In this document: piece by piece, positions 1-12,949 of the stretch
Position numbering within the stretch: position 1 is the first letter of the stretch
Layout: the number at the start of each line of letters is the position of its first letter
Assembly (NCBI GenBank): GCA_965235115.1
Contig: OZ249448.1
Span: 7,688,001 to 7,752,000, forward strand
Direction of reading: 5' to 3'
DNA from: Laetmonice hystrix
Lineage: Eukaryota
DNA length: 64,000 nucleotides
Notes under the pieces: generated by a model
Database searches by the model: none
Seen by the model: only the letters and a program-made list of their open reading frames with translations
What the model was told of the DNA's origin: nothing
Program-made: the position numbers and the translations under genes

Positions 1-70
1 TGTTCACGAGGGATTATCACCCAGGGATCAACGACGGATCAGGGATCAGATCCCCGTTACAGTTGGTGTC
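1..70 (+). mobile_element. Possible 3' end of a Gypsy-type LTR followed by a PBS-like start
   Basis: ...CCCCGTTACA (ends at 61) is followed by GTTGGTGTC, matching the usual LTR ...ACA end plus TGGTGTC primer-binding start. No partner LTR or gag is recognisable. Confidence 0.2.
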
Positions 71-705
71 TATGCTGTTCCTGTTTGCCCTAACTCGCTG
101 CCTTTGCCGAGTGTATTTATCCAACCACAATAGCAGAGGTCTGTTTCCAGCCCACCTCGGCTGGTGGTCCTGGCGCTCCACGAGGCTGTGTCTTGGACCA
201 GCACATCGACTTGTAATATTGACTGACCTCTCTCACAGATATACGTCCCAGTCAGTAGATAGACATCATCATAACGCACAAAGCCAATACCCCGTTCTTC
301 ATATATCCACCCGTGTTTATGACAACGTTAGTAGTTTTGCAAGGACTGCTAAGTGGCAGAGCTAAGAGCCTTGGACAGCAATGCTTCTGGCCCAGGTGGA
401 AGTCATCCTGGCTTGCGTAAACACCGCTCATGTGGGCTTAATCAGGCCTTGCCATTCCCCACTGAGATGCAGGAGAAGTTGTGATGCCTACCTCCGGTCC
501 GACCTGCTGTGTCAGTCTGACAGCAATTTGTCCCTCTGTCTCTGTGCCACTTGTTTATCCCCCACCCGCGATCTCTGGGCTCACCCAATAAACAAAGTCC
601 ACCTCAGCACCAAATGAACCTCGTCCGCCAACAAGCATTACACACATTATTCCATTTTTGTGGGAAATGAAAACCAAAAGGTTCTTACCCGAGGATAAAT
701 CCAAT

Positions 706-1293
706 CTGTTAACAGGCTGGGAAATATGGCCAGCTACACAACTTGGATGTTCCAGACACGTTCATAAATCCCTGTTAACAGGCTGGGAAATATGGCCAGC
801 TACACAACTTGGATGTTCCAGACACGTTCATAAATCCCTGTTAACAGGCTGGGAAATATGGCCAGCTACACAACTTGGATGTTCCAGCCACGTTCATAAA
901 TCCCTGTTAACAGGCTGGGAAATATGGCCAGCTACACAACTTGGATGTTCCAGCCACGTTCATAAATCCCCGTTAACAGGCTGGGAAATATGGCCAGCTA
1001 CACAACTTGGATGTTCCAGCCACGTTCATAAATCCCTGTTAACAGGCTGGGAAATATGGCCAGCTACACAACTTGGATGTTCCAGCCACGTTCATAAATC
1101 CCTGTTAACAGGCTGGGAAATATGACCAGCTACACAACTTGGATGTTCCAGCCACGTTCATAAATCCCCGTTAACAGGCTGGGAAATATGGCCAGCTACA
1201 CAACTTGGATGTTCCAGCCACGTTCATAAATCCCTGTTAACAGGCTGGGAAATATGGCCAGCTACACAACTTGGATGTTCCAGACACGTTCAT
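706..1293. repeat. Minisatellite, 66-bp unit, about 9 copies
   Basis: Unit CTGTTAACAGGCTGGGAAATATGGCCAGCTACACAACTTGGATGTTCCAG(A/C)CACGTTCATAAATCC is near-identical across copies. It explains the 155-aa repetitive ORF 658..1125. Confidence 0.97.
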
Positions 1294-2079
1294 CGCTGGA
1301 AAAAAAAGGGACTGTTCTACGACCTAAGCTTACAAGCATCAAAGCCAATGACCTTCTGACAAAGCCAAAAATCTGTTCTTATAGGAGAAGTTCTGGTACA
1401 AAAATGCATTCAACTCCATCTGTTGCATGAGTGGTATACAAATGTTGTAGTAAAAAGAATTGGGCATTTCGCGCATGCTAACCCACCCCCCGACGTGCTT
1501 CCATAACGCCAGTTTAGGCTCTAACATGTCTCCAATAAGACTCCAATACCCACAGATGGTCAGGTCTGGCTGTAGACAAGGAATAGACGTAGATAGTTAC
1601 TTCTGCTGGTCTACATTATAAAAACAACCTCACAATGTCCCTCAACCAAGTCTGACCCACATTCTGTATTCCGATAACCGGCTGAGCAAACCGTGGCTGA
1701 ACCGGCCAAGCCTACAGGCAGTTAATCTAATCGATGCATGAACTGATTCACACTTCGTGGTGTTTACCACATTCAAGATACAGTCAATTAAAGCAATTAG
1801 CACACGTCTGTTAATGATAACATTCTAACGGTCTAATAAAACAACCATCATGCCTTGTTATTACTTCTACAAACAACTAACAGAGGAATTCTAGAACTTG
1901 ACACAAGATGTTTTACGTCCTATCCGTGTAAGGAGACCTATAATTGGACAACTGTCATCGGATTTTATCCACCAGCTCTGTAATCTTCGCCCTGATTGGT
2001 TTACATGAACCAGCCCAGATGAGGAAAACCAGACCTTTTCTAATCACGCTTAATTAGAATCAACCGATGTCGCAATAAT

Positions 2080-2100
2080 TACAGGGTGTCCTGTTTTAAA
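2080..2100 (+). mobile_element. Orphan Tc1/mariner-type terminus (TA + CAGGGTGTCC)
   Basis: TA followed by CAGGGTGTCC is a common Tc1/mariner TIR start. No matching right end nearby. Confidence 0.25.
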
Positions 2101-2849
2101 AAATCCGATTGCCACGAGAATACTGAAAGAGGAAACTTATTTTTTTCCATTTCAGACGTAAATCAGCTCATGTGAAAGTTACAAGGACTTCCTGTTAGTT
2201 CGTAGACGTATGTAGATATATGTCCTGGCATACATGAAAATGTCATGGTAGGCAACTCTTTACCTCAGCCGCCCTGAGGGTAATCTTTAAATGTATGCGT
2301 CTGGTTTGGAGAAAATCCGCGCCTGATCCCCAGTTTGATATCAGCCTTATATCTCCATACTGAGAGGATTAAAGGGGCGACTGCTAGGTCTCGAGGAGAT
2401 CAGCCAACTCTAGACGAGATAATCCACTCCCACTTACACGGTCAACGCAGCATTCCAAGAGTACTGTTTATACCTCAATCTCCATGGCAATTACGGATTA
2501 TGTAAGACACGTGAGAGATTCCAGGTTGTGTGGGGATAGACGGGGGGAGTCAGGGACTGGTGAGGTTCACTGAGAGGGTAAATACACAAACCCTGGGGCC
2601 GGGTTAAGCAGGAAACTGGGGTTTATACCCTCAAGTAACGGTATCTATAAGTGGATTGAGCCTGTGGGCACTAAGAGGGCAGTATCACAACTTAGTGCAC
2701 TCACCATGTGGACAGTGGGGAATTTTCCCATGATATATAGCACCGTATCAATTTTCTGCTTGCAATTCATTTCATTTTCCTTTGGGGGAAAAACTTAGTT
2801 TCAGGACGACTTCATTTCAAACATGACTGCTGTTATAATTTAGTTTTCA

Positions 2850-2990
2850 CAGCTGAACACAATTCATTATGTTGTAACATGCAGTGAACCTGGTTTTCTT
2901 CTTCTGGAAAGTCTTTACTCAGAAATCGGTGAAACTGGAAGCCCCACGAGTTAATCAAACCCAAATCTCGAGTATCAAAAGATTCACCGG
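2850..2990 (+). pseudogene. Possible Penelope-like GIY-YIG endonuclease C-terminal relic
   Basis: Frameshifted join of FLLLESLYS and KLEAPRVNQTQISS resembles the LL.LESL.I...P.LN.Q tail of Penelope endonucleases. Confidence 0.25.
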
Positions 2991-3689
2991 TGTCCCACGG
3001 CTCTTGACGGACAACTGCTTTTGGCATCGTGTTCGGGGTCGCTGGCCTGACCTCATTAGTGGCGGTTATGCTCAGCTGATCAGATAAATACGCACCAGTA
3101 GGCCAGCGGCTACCACCCTGCGGGCGGCGGCTACGGGGAGTTAATCACTGCAGGCGGCGGCCGGCAGGGCCCGCCCGCCGGCCCGCCCGCCGGCCCACCG
3201 GCCGCTATGTGCGAAATGTGGTTAACATAACCCGCCGAGTGCCGCGCCGCCACCGCCGCCCTCTCCGCTTGCAACGGGTAATCGATCTGGACATTGTAAC
3301 GGATCCGTGCTTTGCCCGTTTTTCAAGGCGCGCGTCTGAGGATGACACCTTAGCCGGACTGGAGCGTCAAACACAAGTCGAAACATCAACCACGTTTAAC
3401 GATATCCACACCAGTAAACGCTCCCACCTCGCCCCCACTCCAACTTCTAGCTCAAATCTCCATCAATATTTTCACAGGGCACAAGTTGATAATCAGGGTG
3501 GAGCTGTCTCTGTTGATCTGTCTGCCCTAACCTCGACCAGATACTGACCCCCGTCCATACTACCCCACAAGGGGGTACGTATCCACCGCCTCATCTATAT
3601 ATACCCCCTAATAAAGGGTCTGAGAGACAGGGGTCTGTAACAGATAAATAGGGAGGAGATGAGATGAGATTGGAGAAGCGGCAGGCCAC

Positions 3690-4154
3690 GAGGGGCCAGC
3701 CAGGTTCCTGCTGATGTTTGCAGCTATGTGCCACAGTCTACACAAGCCCAGTGCGAGCACCCCATTGTGTATACACTTGGGTGACCTCCTTAAATTACAC
3801 TCAACAAGCAAATTCCTTGCCACGTCCGATATGGCCCTGGCCAGATGCTGCGTCTCCGATGGTAGAAGTGCTGCAGATTGGTGGCAGTTGTTTACTGGTG
3901 TTGTTGCCTTGGCTGATACACAAACACGGTTGGCTATCAGGTCGGCTTTCACCCCCCTCACCACACCCCCATTCCCAACCCTGTCCACCCCCTGGCTGAA
4001 CTTTCAATCACGATAGGCTTGCCAATATCACATCAACACGGAAACTGTCCGACACGACTTGTCAATACCAAAAGAAAAACGGAAAGTACTGGTGCAAGTT
4101 GCCAATACCGCACCTACATGCAATCTCAACATTACAGAAGCACAAAAACTGTAA
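3690..4154 (+). pseudogene. DIRS/Ngaro-like (tyrosine-recombinase retroelement) reverse transcriptase relic
   Basis: One frame with a single stop at 4014: GPARFLLMFAAMCHSL..LCIHLGDLL (degenerate YLDD)...*ACQYHINTETVRHDLSIPKEKRKVL, resembling the IDT..M.LSIP.EK segment of DIRS/Ngaro RT. Confidence 0.4.
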
Positions 4155-5286
4155 TACAAGTCATAGTGGAGCTCACCGCCGAAAACATAACCCCATTCTA
4201 CATATCTCCATACTCCTGACTCGTGAGGACTAAGTTTATCTCTGTGTGGATGCACATCGCTCCATCTTTAATTTACCACTTTCTATAACAACACTTCATG
4301 TTTTCATACAACCACTTTAAAGTCTCCGCGAGACAGGCCCACGTAAACAGACCTATGTCGACCCCTCTTATGTTTGTCAGTTGTATCGATAATTTCCTTC
4401 CAGCCAAGGAGACCTGACTGAGATGAGTACATGACGGGACAGATAATGACTGATTGGGTCGATAACCTGTCGGTGGTCGTTATCAGTGAGCCCCCTGTCG
4501 CCGCTATCTCATCACCTTACACTGATAGGTACCAAGGAAGACGTGGGAATCGACCTCAGGCTAACGTGTAGGAACCGTTAGATTTCACACCTGTCGCACT
4601 CAGCCTGGAGTGATCACCTGGGTCGGCTGGACGGTACACCTGGTGATTACCAGAACACACTCACACACCAGGGTCAGTATTAGTCTGACACAGAGACACT
4701 CTGTGCAAGGTGAGGCTAGGGGTGGATATGCCAACACCCTGGGCGTACTGGGTCTTCTACCCACCAGAGGAACCCTGCCCTCAGAGCCAGGTGTGCGGGA
4801 GATGAAAGACCATCGAGCTCACCCACATGATCGGAGTGACAGCCAGCTACCTCTAGTACTTACAAACCACCGACCACACAGTGTGACAGCAATTTCCCGT
4901 TTTATATTAGACCACACCATACCACTTTACCAATCAGTTTTTGCACCTGTGCCCCGACAGGACGAGTCAAAATCTCAGGTAATAGTAATTCTAGCCAGAA
5001 CACCTTTCATATTATATTAACATTTCTCATGCGTCTTGCCTACCTGCTGCTAGTTTCTACGTATTGCACCCACGTAACCCTCGAGTTTATGATTTATACC
5101 ATCCTCCCTTAGTCCTCTGTACTTCGATTCTAAGGCTGTAGCATTGTGTTTGCTAGGAATGTTTTGGCATCATTTCACAGAATGCACGCCAAAAATAAGG
5201 CAAGTGTTGGCTAGTGTACATCTGGCCGCATGGCTGGCAATGCTAGCCAGCTGGCCCCAGCACAAGCCCATCCCTGTGCCCGGACT

Positions 5287-5343
5287 AGGTGGGGGGGGGG
5301 GGGCTGCCAGCGGGGGGGGGGGGGGGGGGGGGGCTGCCAGCCA
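5287..5343. repeat. Duplicated poly-G tract, (G)n-CTGCCAGC x2
   Basis: Two long G runs, each followed by CTGCCAGC. Confidence 0.9.
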
Positions 5344-7651
5344 CCGGCACCCCATACGTGGGACTAGCAGGTGAATTCACGCGGGTACACCCCTCACAGG
5401 TGGCAACCCCACCGTCTCCAGTATCTAACACACCTCGTACGCCATTAGTTAATGAATCTTTCAGCCCCTTCACCGACACTTCCTTACAAGTCCTGGTGCA
5501 CCGTACTCTCCAACACTTTTATTCCTTTCTGCGCTGGAGCAGAAAAACGTCTGAAAACGGCTCTATTTATCTTTAAACATTATCTTGATTTGTGATGTAC
5601 TTTCTTTTTGTCCGGGTGGATTCAGGTAGAATTGGCACGGACCACCTCACTATTGGTGGCAGTGAGTGCGGTACAATAATGCTTTACGAGCCGCTGGTAG
5701 AATCTGGCTCCCGCTGTGGCTGTATCATTAAAGGCTTGGCAAAATGTCCAGTCAAGTCTGCCACAGAAGAATTGGGAAGGCGTCCGAGTCAGGTCCAAAT
5801 CTCGAGGGTCTCACGGTGGAGAATTCGCACATTTCCATGTATTAGTCTCCGCTACGTTTGACCGAGCAGCCACTTCTTGTATACACACATGTAGAGTAAT
5901 TCCAACCGTGTCGTGATACCAACTTTCTCACCCACAGCTGCTCCGACATCACAATCAACTCCTTAGTGACTTCACCATTGATTCTGACACTACAATGAAC
6001 TCCTTAGTGAATCCACGCCATTGGTTTGACACGACAATGAACTCCTTAGTGACTACGCCACTGAAATCTACACCAACAATCAAATTCACGCTAGCCTGCA
6101 CCACGCACTTAATCTCCGTACAATTTGCCGACGCGACCGCTACCAAAGGTGGCCTCTGCCCGGCCCCCACCCGGCCCCCGCGCGGCCCCATCCGGCTGCA
6201 GCCACCCAATTTTCAGGTGAGTGCCTCTGAAAAGCGGCGAGCTGTGTGGTCGAGGTGTGCCCAGTTATCTGTGTTCATCTGGCACCGTGCCCGACAGTCG
6301 CCCCCAAAGGGGGCTAACAGAGCGTACCCCAATTTGGGTGACAAGCCAAACTGGCGGGCCGTGGGGGTGCACATGCGAGCAAGCCAGCGGTACATCCAAC
6401 GACTCTCGTTGTTAAAGAGGGCAGAAAGCAACCAGCGAGTGGCGCCCAACTCCCCCTCTGGAGTCCTTCCACCCCCGGGGGCACCAGTCAGTGTGTCAAT
6501 ATTTTTCGACTCCACGGCCAAGGCTGCACTGTGCTGTGTTTTTATCAATTCATTTCAATTTGTCACGGTTCGATTAATGGCCTGTGGTAGCTGTCTACTT
6601 GTGGAGACTGGAAGCTAACTGAGGCGTGATATCAGCACCATCTTATCACCATGTCCGATAACAAAGAAGTCAACGTTTTTCCCGCGGCATGGCAACATAT
6701 TTACTCGCACACAAAAGTAGTATCTGATTATCAAGGCTGCCTTTTGTCACTCAAGTACCATCTGACCCTAGTTCACCCACTAAAGGAAACTCATTCTCTG
6801 CCCAGACTAACCTCTTCAGTTGTGTACAAGATTAGACATCACATTTCGCTGCACCCTCGACATGTCATAGAAAGTGTGAGAAAGACTGGAGGAATTACGC
6901 CTTCCCAATGGAACAGGCCCCTTAACACTGAGACTGTCATCCCACTACGTGGCCCTCCCAGGAGGGAAAGACCATTAAACACTGATGTTAGAAAGACCCT
7001 TTTTGTTAACAAAGAGACGGTTATAGCAGGCCTTTAACAGTGAGACTAAAGGGTTATGTATTCTTACATAGAACAAGGTCCTTAACATTGGAAGTGAAGA
7101 GTCTCGGCTCCTTGAATGATATTTACCACTGGGACTTGACTCTAGGTGGACCTATTTACGGGACTACTTCCCACTCAGTCTCCAGTCCAGTGATTACTGA
7201 ACCTTTGAGCCAGGGCGTGCACGCACTGACCAACCTTACCTGATCCTGGTAGATGTCTGTGGGCTTCCCCTTACTCTCCGGAACTTGGCAAGGCAATCAC
7301 TGACACCAACACTCGTATCCCATACACGTACTGCTGCACCGCTAGTAATCCTCACCACGTGTTTCTACTAACTCCGTGAATCAGCTACTACACAAACACC
7401 ACTGACAATAACGGCCCCCCGGTGTGGCTGGATAATCAATATTAATATCCAACACTGATATCCAATTCAGTTGATATACAGCTGTACTTTTAAACCGTGC
7501 CAAGCGACTGTGGCAAAGTGATGATATATGCCAGGTATCGACGACCCCTGCAGACCTGGCCACCTGTAAACCTCAATCACTCTCAGCCTGGCGGCTATTG
7601 TAGCACACTAAGTACAACCTCAGGCTCATCCTCCAGTATGTTATACACGTC

Positions 7652-8169
7652 AGGTTCTACCACCGATCTCTGGTAAATCCAGTGGTAATGTACTCTGTGT
7701 TCTGGTGTCTCACACCTTGTCAATGAGGTTCTCCCACCGATCTCTGGTAAATCCAGTGGTAAGGTACTCTGTGTTCTGGTGTATCACACCTTGTCAATGA
7801 GGTTCTCCCACCGATCTCTGGTAAATCCAGTGGTAAGGTACTCTGTGTTCTGGTGTCTCACACTTTGTCAATGAGGTTCTCCCACCGATCTCTGGTAAAT
7901 CCAGTGGTAAGGTACTCTGTGTTCTGGTGTATCACACTTTGTCAATGAGGTTCTCCCACCGATCTCTGGTAAATCCAGTGGTAAGGTACTCTGTGTTCTG
8001 GTGTCTCACACTTTGTCAATGAGGTTCTCCCACCGATCTCTGGTAAATCCAGTGGTAAGGTACTCTGTGTTCTGGTGTATCACACCTTGTCAATGAGGTT
8101 CTCCCACCGATCTCTGGTAAATCCAGTGGTAAGGTACTCTGTGTTCTGGGGTCTCACACCTTGTCAATG
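7652..8169. repeat. Minisatellite, 74-bp unit, about 7 copies
   Basis: Unit CCACCGATCTCTGGTAAATCCAGTGGTAAGGTACTCTGTGTTCTGGTGT(A/C)TCACAC(C/T)TTGTCAATGAGGTTCTC; period checked at 7661 and 7735. Confidence 0.97.
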
Positions 8170-8289
8170 TGTCCGGGTACGGGTGGTGGGGGCAGACAGT
8201 TATGTTTCCCTGTCAACCTGGGCTGCTGGCCGTCCTGTCCATACCGCTGGTATGTCGAGTGGTGATCCACTGGCCGGCTCGTCAACATG

Positions 8290-8365
8290 CGGGTTGGTTG
8301 GCACGGAACTCAGGCCAATAAATACACTGCTTCATGCTGCCAGATCAGCTGCATGGAGCACCTCC
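8290..8365 (-). pseudogene. Possible Gypsy integrase zinc-binding-domain relic flanking the 44-bp array
   Basis: Minus strand QEVLHAA.. followed, after a frameshift, by MKQCIYWP; resembles LH..H.G...MK..AR..VYWP. Confidence 0.22.
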
Positions 8366-9553
8366 TGGCCTCCCTCCTGCAGTAAGCGTGGAGAGGTTTG
8401 TCTCCTGGCCTCCCTCCCTCCTGCTGTAAGCGTGGAGAGGTTTGTCTCCTGGCCTCCCTCCCTCCTGCTGTAAGCGTTGAGAGGTTTGTCTCCTAGCCTC
8501 CCTCCCTCCTGCTGTAAGCGTGGAGAGGTTTGTCTCCTGGCCTCCCTCCCTCCTGCTGTAAGCGTGGAGAGGTTTGTCTCCTGGCCTCCCTCCCTCCTGC
8601 TGTAAGCGTGGAGAGGTTTGTCTCCTGGCCTCCCTCCCTCCTGCTGTAAGCGTGGAGAGGTTTGTCTCCTGGCCTCCCTCCCTCCTGCTGTAAGCGTGGA
8701 GAGGTTTGTCTCCTGGCCTCCCTCCCTCCTGCTGTAAGCGTGGAGAGGTTTGTCTCCTGGCTTCCCTCCCTCCTGCTGTAAGCGTGGAGAGGTTTGTCTC
8801 CTGGCCTCCCTCCCTCCTGCTGTAAGCGTGGAGAGGTTTGTCTCCTGGCCTCCCTCCCTCCTGCTGTAAGCGTGGAGAGGTTTGTCTCCTGGCCTCCCTC
8901 CCTCCTGCTGTAAGCGTGGAGAGGTTTGTCTCCTGGCCTCCCTCCCTCCTGCTGTAAGCGTGGAGAGGTTTGTCTCCTGGCCTCCCTCCCTCCTGCTGTA
9001 AGCGTGGAGAGGTTTGTCTCCTGGCCTCCCTCCCTCCTGCTGTAAGCGTGGAGAGGTTTGTCTCCTGGCCTCCCTCCCTCCTGCTGTAAGCGTGGAGAGG
9101 TTTGTCTCCTGGCCTCCCTCCCTCCTGCTGTAAGCGTGGAGAGGTTTGTCTCCTGGCCTCCCTCCCTCCTGCTGTAAGCGTGGAGAGGTTTGTCTCCTAG
9201 CCTCCCTCCCTCCTGCTGTAAGCGTGGGGAGGTTTGTCTCCTGGCCTCCCTCCCTCCTGCTGTAAGCGTGGAGAGGTTTGTCTCCTGGCCTCCCTCCCTC
9301 CTGCTGTAAGCGTGGAGAGGTTTGTCTCCTGGCCTCCCTCCCTCCTGCTGTAAGCGTGGAGAGGTTTGTCTCCTGGCCTCCCTCCCTCCTGCTGTAAGCG
9401 TGGAGAGGTTTGTCTCCTGGCCTCCCTCCCTCCTGCTGTAAGCGTGGAGAGGTTTGTCTCCTGGCCTCCCTCCCTCCTGCTGTAAGCGTGGAGAGGTTTG
9501 TCTCCTGGCCTCCCTCCCTCCTGCTGTAAGCGTGGAGAGGTTTGTCTCCTAGC
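8362..9553. repeat. Minisatellite, 44-bp unit, about 27 copies
   Basis: Unit CTCCTGGCCTCCCTCCCTCCTGCTGTAAGCGTGGAGAGGTTTGT. The minus strand has no stop in any frame, giving the 407-aa and 147-aa repetitive ORFs (44-aa period = 3 units). Confidence 0.98.
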
Positions 9554-11139
9554 AAGTCCTGATACCACTGCGGTCACCCTCTTCATTCCATCACACACCT
9601 TGCCTGCCTCCTGTACTGAGCGGTGGCTAGCACCGATCACAACCCCTTGCTGAGTGACTAGTTGGTGGAGAGTGCTCGCTGGCTACCTCTTCTCGTGTGT
9701 GATCTCAGGACGGCCGCCGAGACGATACGGGCGGGCGGCGGGCTGAGCGGCCTTTGGTGTGCGGCCCGGTCGGTTCGACCAGTTAAGTGAGTGCCAACAC
9801 TTCTCGACGCTGGCTCACACGCTCGGGCCGTGTACAGTGTGGTACCTGGCCTGCCAGCCGGCTGGCCGGCCGACCCGCAGTACAATGGTAGGCCGGGGGG
9901 CTCACGACGGGGGCAGTACTTACACCACTATACCATACCAGCCAGGGTGGTGGTGGCTTCCAATCCAGCGGTAGTTGTCACTGGTCCCGCTGGTCCTTTC
10001 TCTTGTCTTGGTCCTGCTCTATAAAATTCAAGAATGATATGTCCCATAGCTTTCCGATGTTCACGGATATCTTCCAGATGGCGAATGTTCTCCACAGCTG
10101 TGGCTGACATGATATTGATTACAATGATCCTCCTCTGTGCCCAACTGCTTTCATCTTTAGTTCAATATGGATCTGATGAGGTTCACTGGGATCATCCTGT
10201 GACCACGTGTACCGACACGGTGACCAGCTGGCCTCCCGGCTCCATCCTCACGCCTCCTAAAGCATGACGTACATGGGGGGGGGGGGGTAAATAATCGGGG
10301 GCTTGGTCACCCCCTACCCCGATCTCTGGGATGATGTATGACTAAATAACTCTGGCAGTGAGAAGTTCTCCTTGATCGGACAACCGGACTGCTTACAGCG
10401 CCAAGTTATGCCAACAGTTATCCCTCCTAATGTCCCCTCCCCAAAGCTGGCCACATGAGCTTCCAATTTGCCCCATCTTACTAAGCCATTTGTTAGGCCC
10501 GCTACCCCCTGCAGTTATTGTAAGCTCATTACAGGAACATCTCCTAATGCTCTTCCAGCCCTCTAGGGGTCAGTGACATTTCAGCGGTTTGAGGCAGTGG
10601 ATGGGGTGGGGGTGGAGGCTGGGGAGCCTGCCTGTTACTGGGATCCCAACACCGACATAATGTTGGTTGAACACCAATGACATTAGTCATGAGGCCTACA
10701 GCAGAGAACTCACTCTGGGCGGCGGCGGGCGGCCAACATATCCCCGCACGGACCCGATTAATCCCGAAATTATTCATCATCTCTCCCATTATTTCCCTAT
10801 TTTACGTTTTTTTTTTAAATTCCAAAAGGTCAAGTTCGGATAAAAAGGTGTTAATCAGTCTTCATTTAGCCCTGAAGTTTTCAGATCTTAAAGAACAGCT
10901 ATGGTTGCCCAGGCACTATACATCCTTGGGACATACTATAGAGATTCAATGATAATTGGCTCCCTTACGACCGGTCTAAAAGAAGAAATATTAATTTCCT
11001 TCCCAATTTCTCAGTTCGACACTTTTCAACCTTCAACACTGAACTTCACGCACAAAGGAGAGAAAAAACCCAGTCACTCTGTGTGCACAAACCAAAACAC
11101 GGACGGGGAAATCTCATTACGTGTAGATATATAGGCCAA

Positions 11140-11330
11140 CGATTGAACATCCAGCCTGCACCTTCAAACGGCTCCCATACATACTTCACAGCTAACATTT
11201 CTCCCTCCGGTTTGCTATTTAAGCTTGTTTACACAGAGATAACAAACTTTTTGGGCAGTGTACCATCACAAATTTCCCTGTGCCTTATCCTCCACGGCAG
11301 CCTCGGTTACCTCCTCCTGGCAGAAGCCAC
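11140..11330 (-). pseudogene. Possible piggyBac transposase C-terminal Cys-rich domain relic
   Basis: Minus frame with stops: WYTAQKVCYLCVNKLK*QTGGRNVSCEVCMGAV*RC, with paired CxxC motifs like the piggyBac CRD. Confidence 0.25.
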
Positions 11331-12155
11331 TTTGGCTTGCCTACTCCAGCGACATGGTTCTTACCTCCCCTGGACAGAAGTTCCCAATCAGCGGCGTCAG
11401 TGAGCATCTGACAAACATGTCTTGTGGCGTGTAATCTTCCTGACACAAATAGACAACTAATATACACATCATTAGGACGTGACGGGGGCGGCTGGCCCAC
11501 GTTAGTTATCCCACTACCTGGGCCACTTTTAACTCCACCAGCACGTGCTCCTAATCTAGCCAAGCCATCAGACGGATTAGGACTGTCGACAAACAAGCGG
11601 TCAATATGGCAGTCATCATAAAACACACGTGTTCTGGATGAGTGCCTTGGGGCATTTCAAAAACCTTCCTTTCACCGTTTCTTCTCCATTTTTTCGCCAG
11701 GTCTACCTTCTTTCGTTGAGGGTAGGGGTAAGAGGAACCTGCACAACGCCACAATTTGTACTTAGTCCTGCCGGTAAGAGAGCCCCAGCCAGCCCTACAA
11801 GTGCATCTTGATTCGCTTTTACGCAAACGTTGGGCAAACAGTAGAAAGTGTTGGCCTACTGGCAAGCCCCACCCGGTCCTGAGTGAACCGTATGTACTCC
11901 CGTCAACCCAACAGGTGCCATACTATCCCACATTCCACAGTCAGCAAACTTTGCAACCTCGTCGACTTTCTTCCCGTTAATTCTTTTCTTTTTGGTTGGA
12001 ACGGGGGCGCCCGCAACTTTGTTGATAAGATTTTGGTATAGTTTTTGAGGAGGTGTTGGCGCTGCGCAGACCTGGCTGGGGAGAAGAACTACGGTACCTG
12101 GTATGTGTACCACCTGGTGTGTTTGGACTGGTTATCTGATCTTAGAGGTAAGACC

Positions 12156-12869
12156 TGACAAACTTACCATCTCCATCTCGCTGGGTTTCTACCCCTGGTA
12201 CTGACGACATTGACAAACTTACCATCTCCATCTCGCTGGGTTTCTACCCCTGGTACTGACGACATTGACAAACTTACCATCTCCATCTCGCTGGGTTTCT
12301 ACCCCTGGTACTGACGACATTGACAAACTTACCATCTCCATCTCGCTGGGTTTCTACCCCTGGTACTGACGACATTGACAAACTTACCATCTCCATCTCG
12401 CTGGGTTTCTACCCCTGGTACTGACGACATTGACAAACTTACCATCTCCATCTCGCTGGGTTTCTACCCCTGGTACTGACGACATTGACAAACTTACCAT
12501 CTCCATCTCGCTGGGTTTCTACCCCTGGTACTGACGACATTGACAAACTTACCATCTCCATCTCGCTGGGTTTCTACCCCTGGTACTGACGACATTGACA
12601 AACTTACCATCTCCATCTCGCTGGGTTTCTACCCCTGGTACTGACGACATTGACAAACTTACCATCTCCATCTCGCTGGGTTTCTACCCCTGGTACTGAC
12701 GACATTGACAAACTTACCATCTCCATCTCGCTGGGTTTCTACCCCTGGTACTGACGACATTGACAAACTTACCATCTCCATCTCGCTGGGTTTCTACCCC
12801 TGGTACTGACGACATTGACAAACTTACCATCTCCATCTCGCTGGGTTTCTACCCCTGGTACTGACGACA
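12156..12869. repeat. Minisatellite, 55-bp unit, 13 essentially identical copies
   Basis: Unit TGACAAACTTACCATCTCCATCTCGCTGGGTTTCTACCCCTGGTACTGACGACAT. Each unit contains ACTTACCAT, which is ATG|GTAAGT on the minus strand. Confidence 0.98.
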
Positions 12870-12949
12870 GTACTGTCCCACCATACCTCTCTATTCTATC
12901 AATGTCCTCGGTTTTTTTCCGCCATCCATGCCCCTTCTCTGACTTCCGG
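12828..12949 (-). promoter_or_regulatory. ETS-motif promoter-like segment with first-exon-like stretch
   Basis: CCGGAAGT (12949-12942), then ATGGCGG at 12925, then a consensus donor GTAAGT at 12827. Confidence 0.3.

Noticed and set aside
63-365. SH3-like GLFPA motif in ORF 63..365
   Set aside because: No other SH3 residues and no exon structure.
2369-2390. TTAA-AGGGGCGAC Kolobok-like terminus
   Set aside because: No matching inverted end found in the window.
6440-6460. TGGCGCCCAAC as a tRNA-Lys primer-binding site
   Set aside because: The match stops after 11 nt and no LTR lies immediately upstream.
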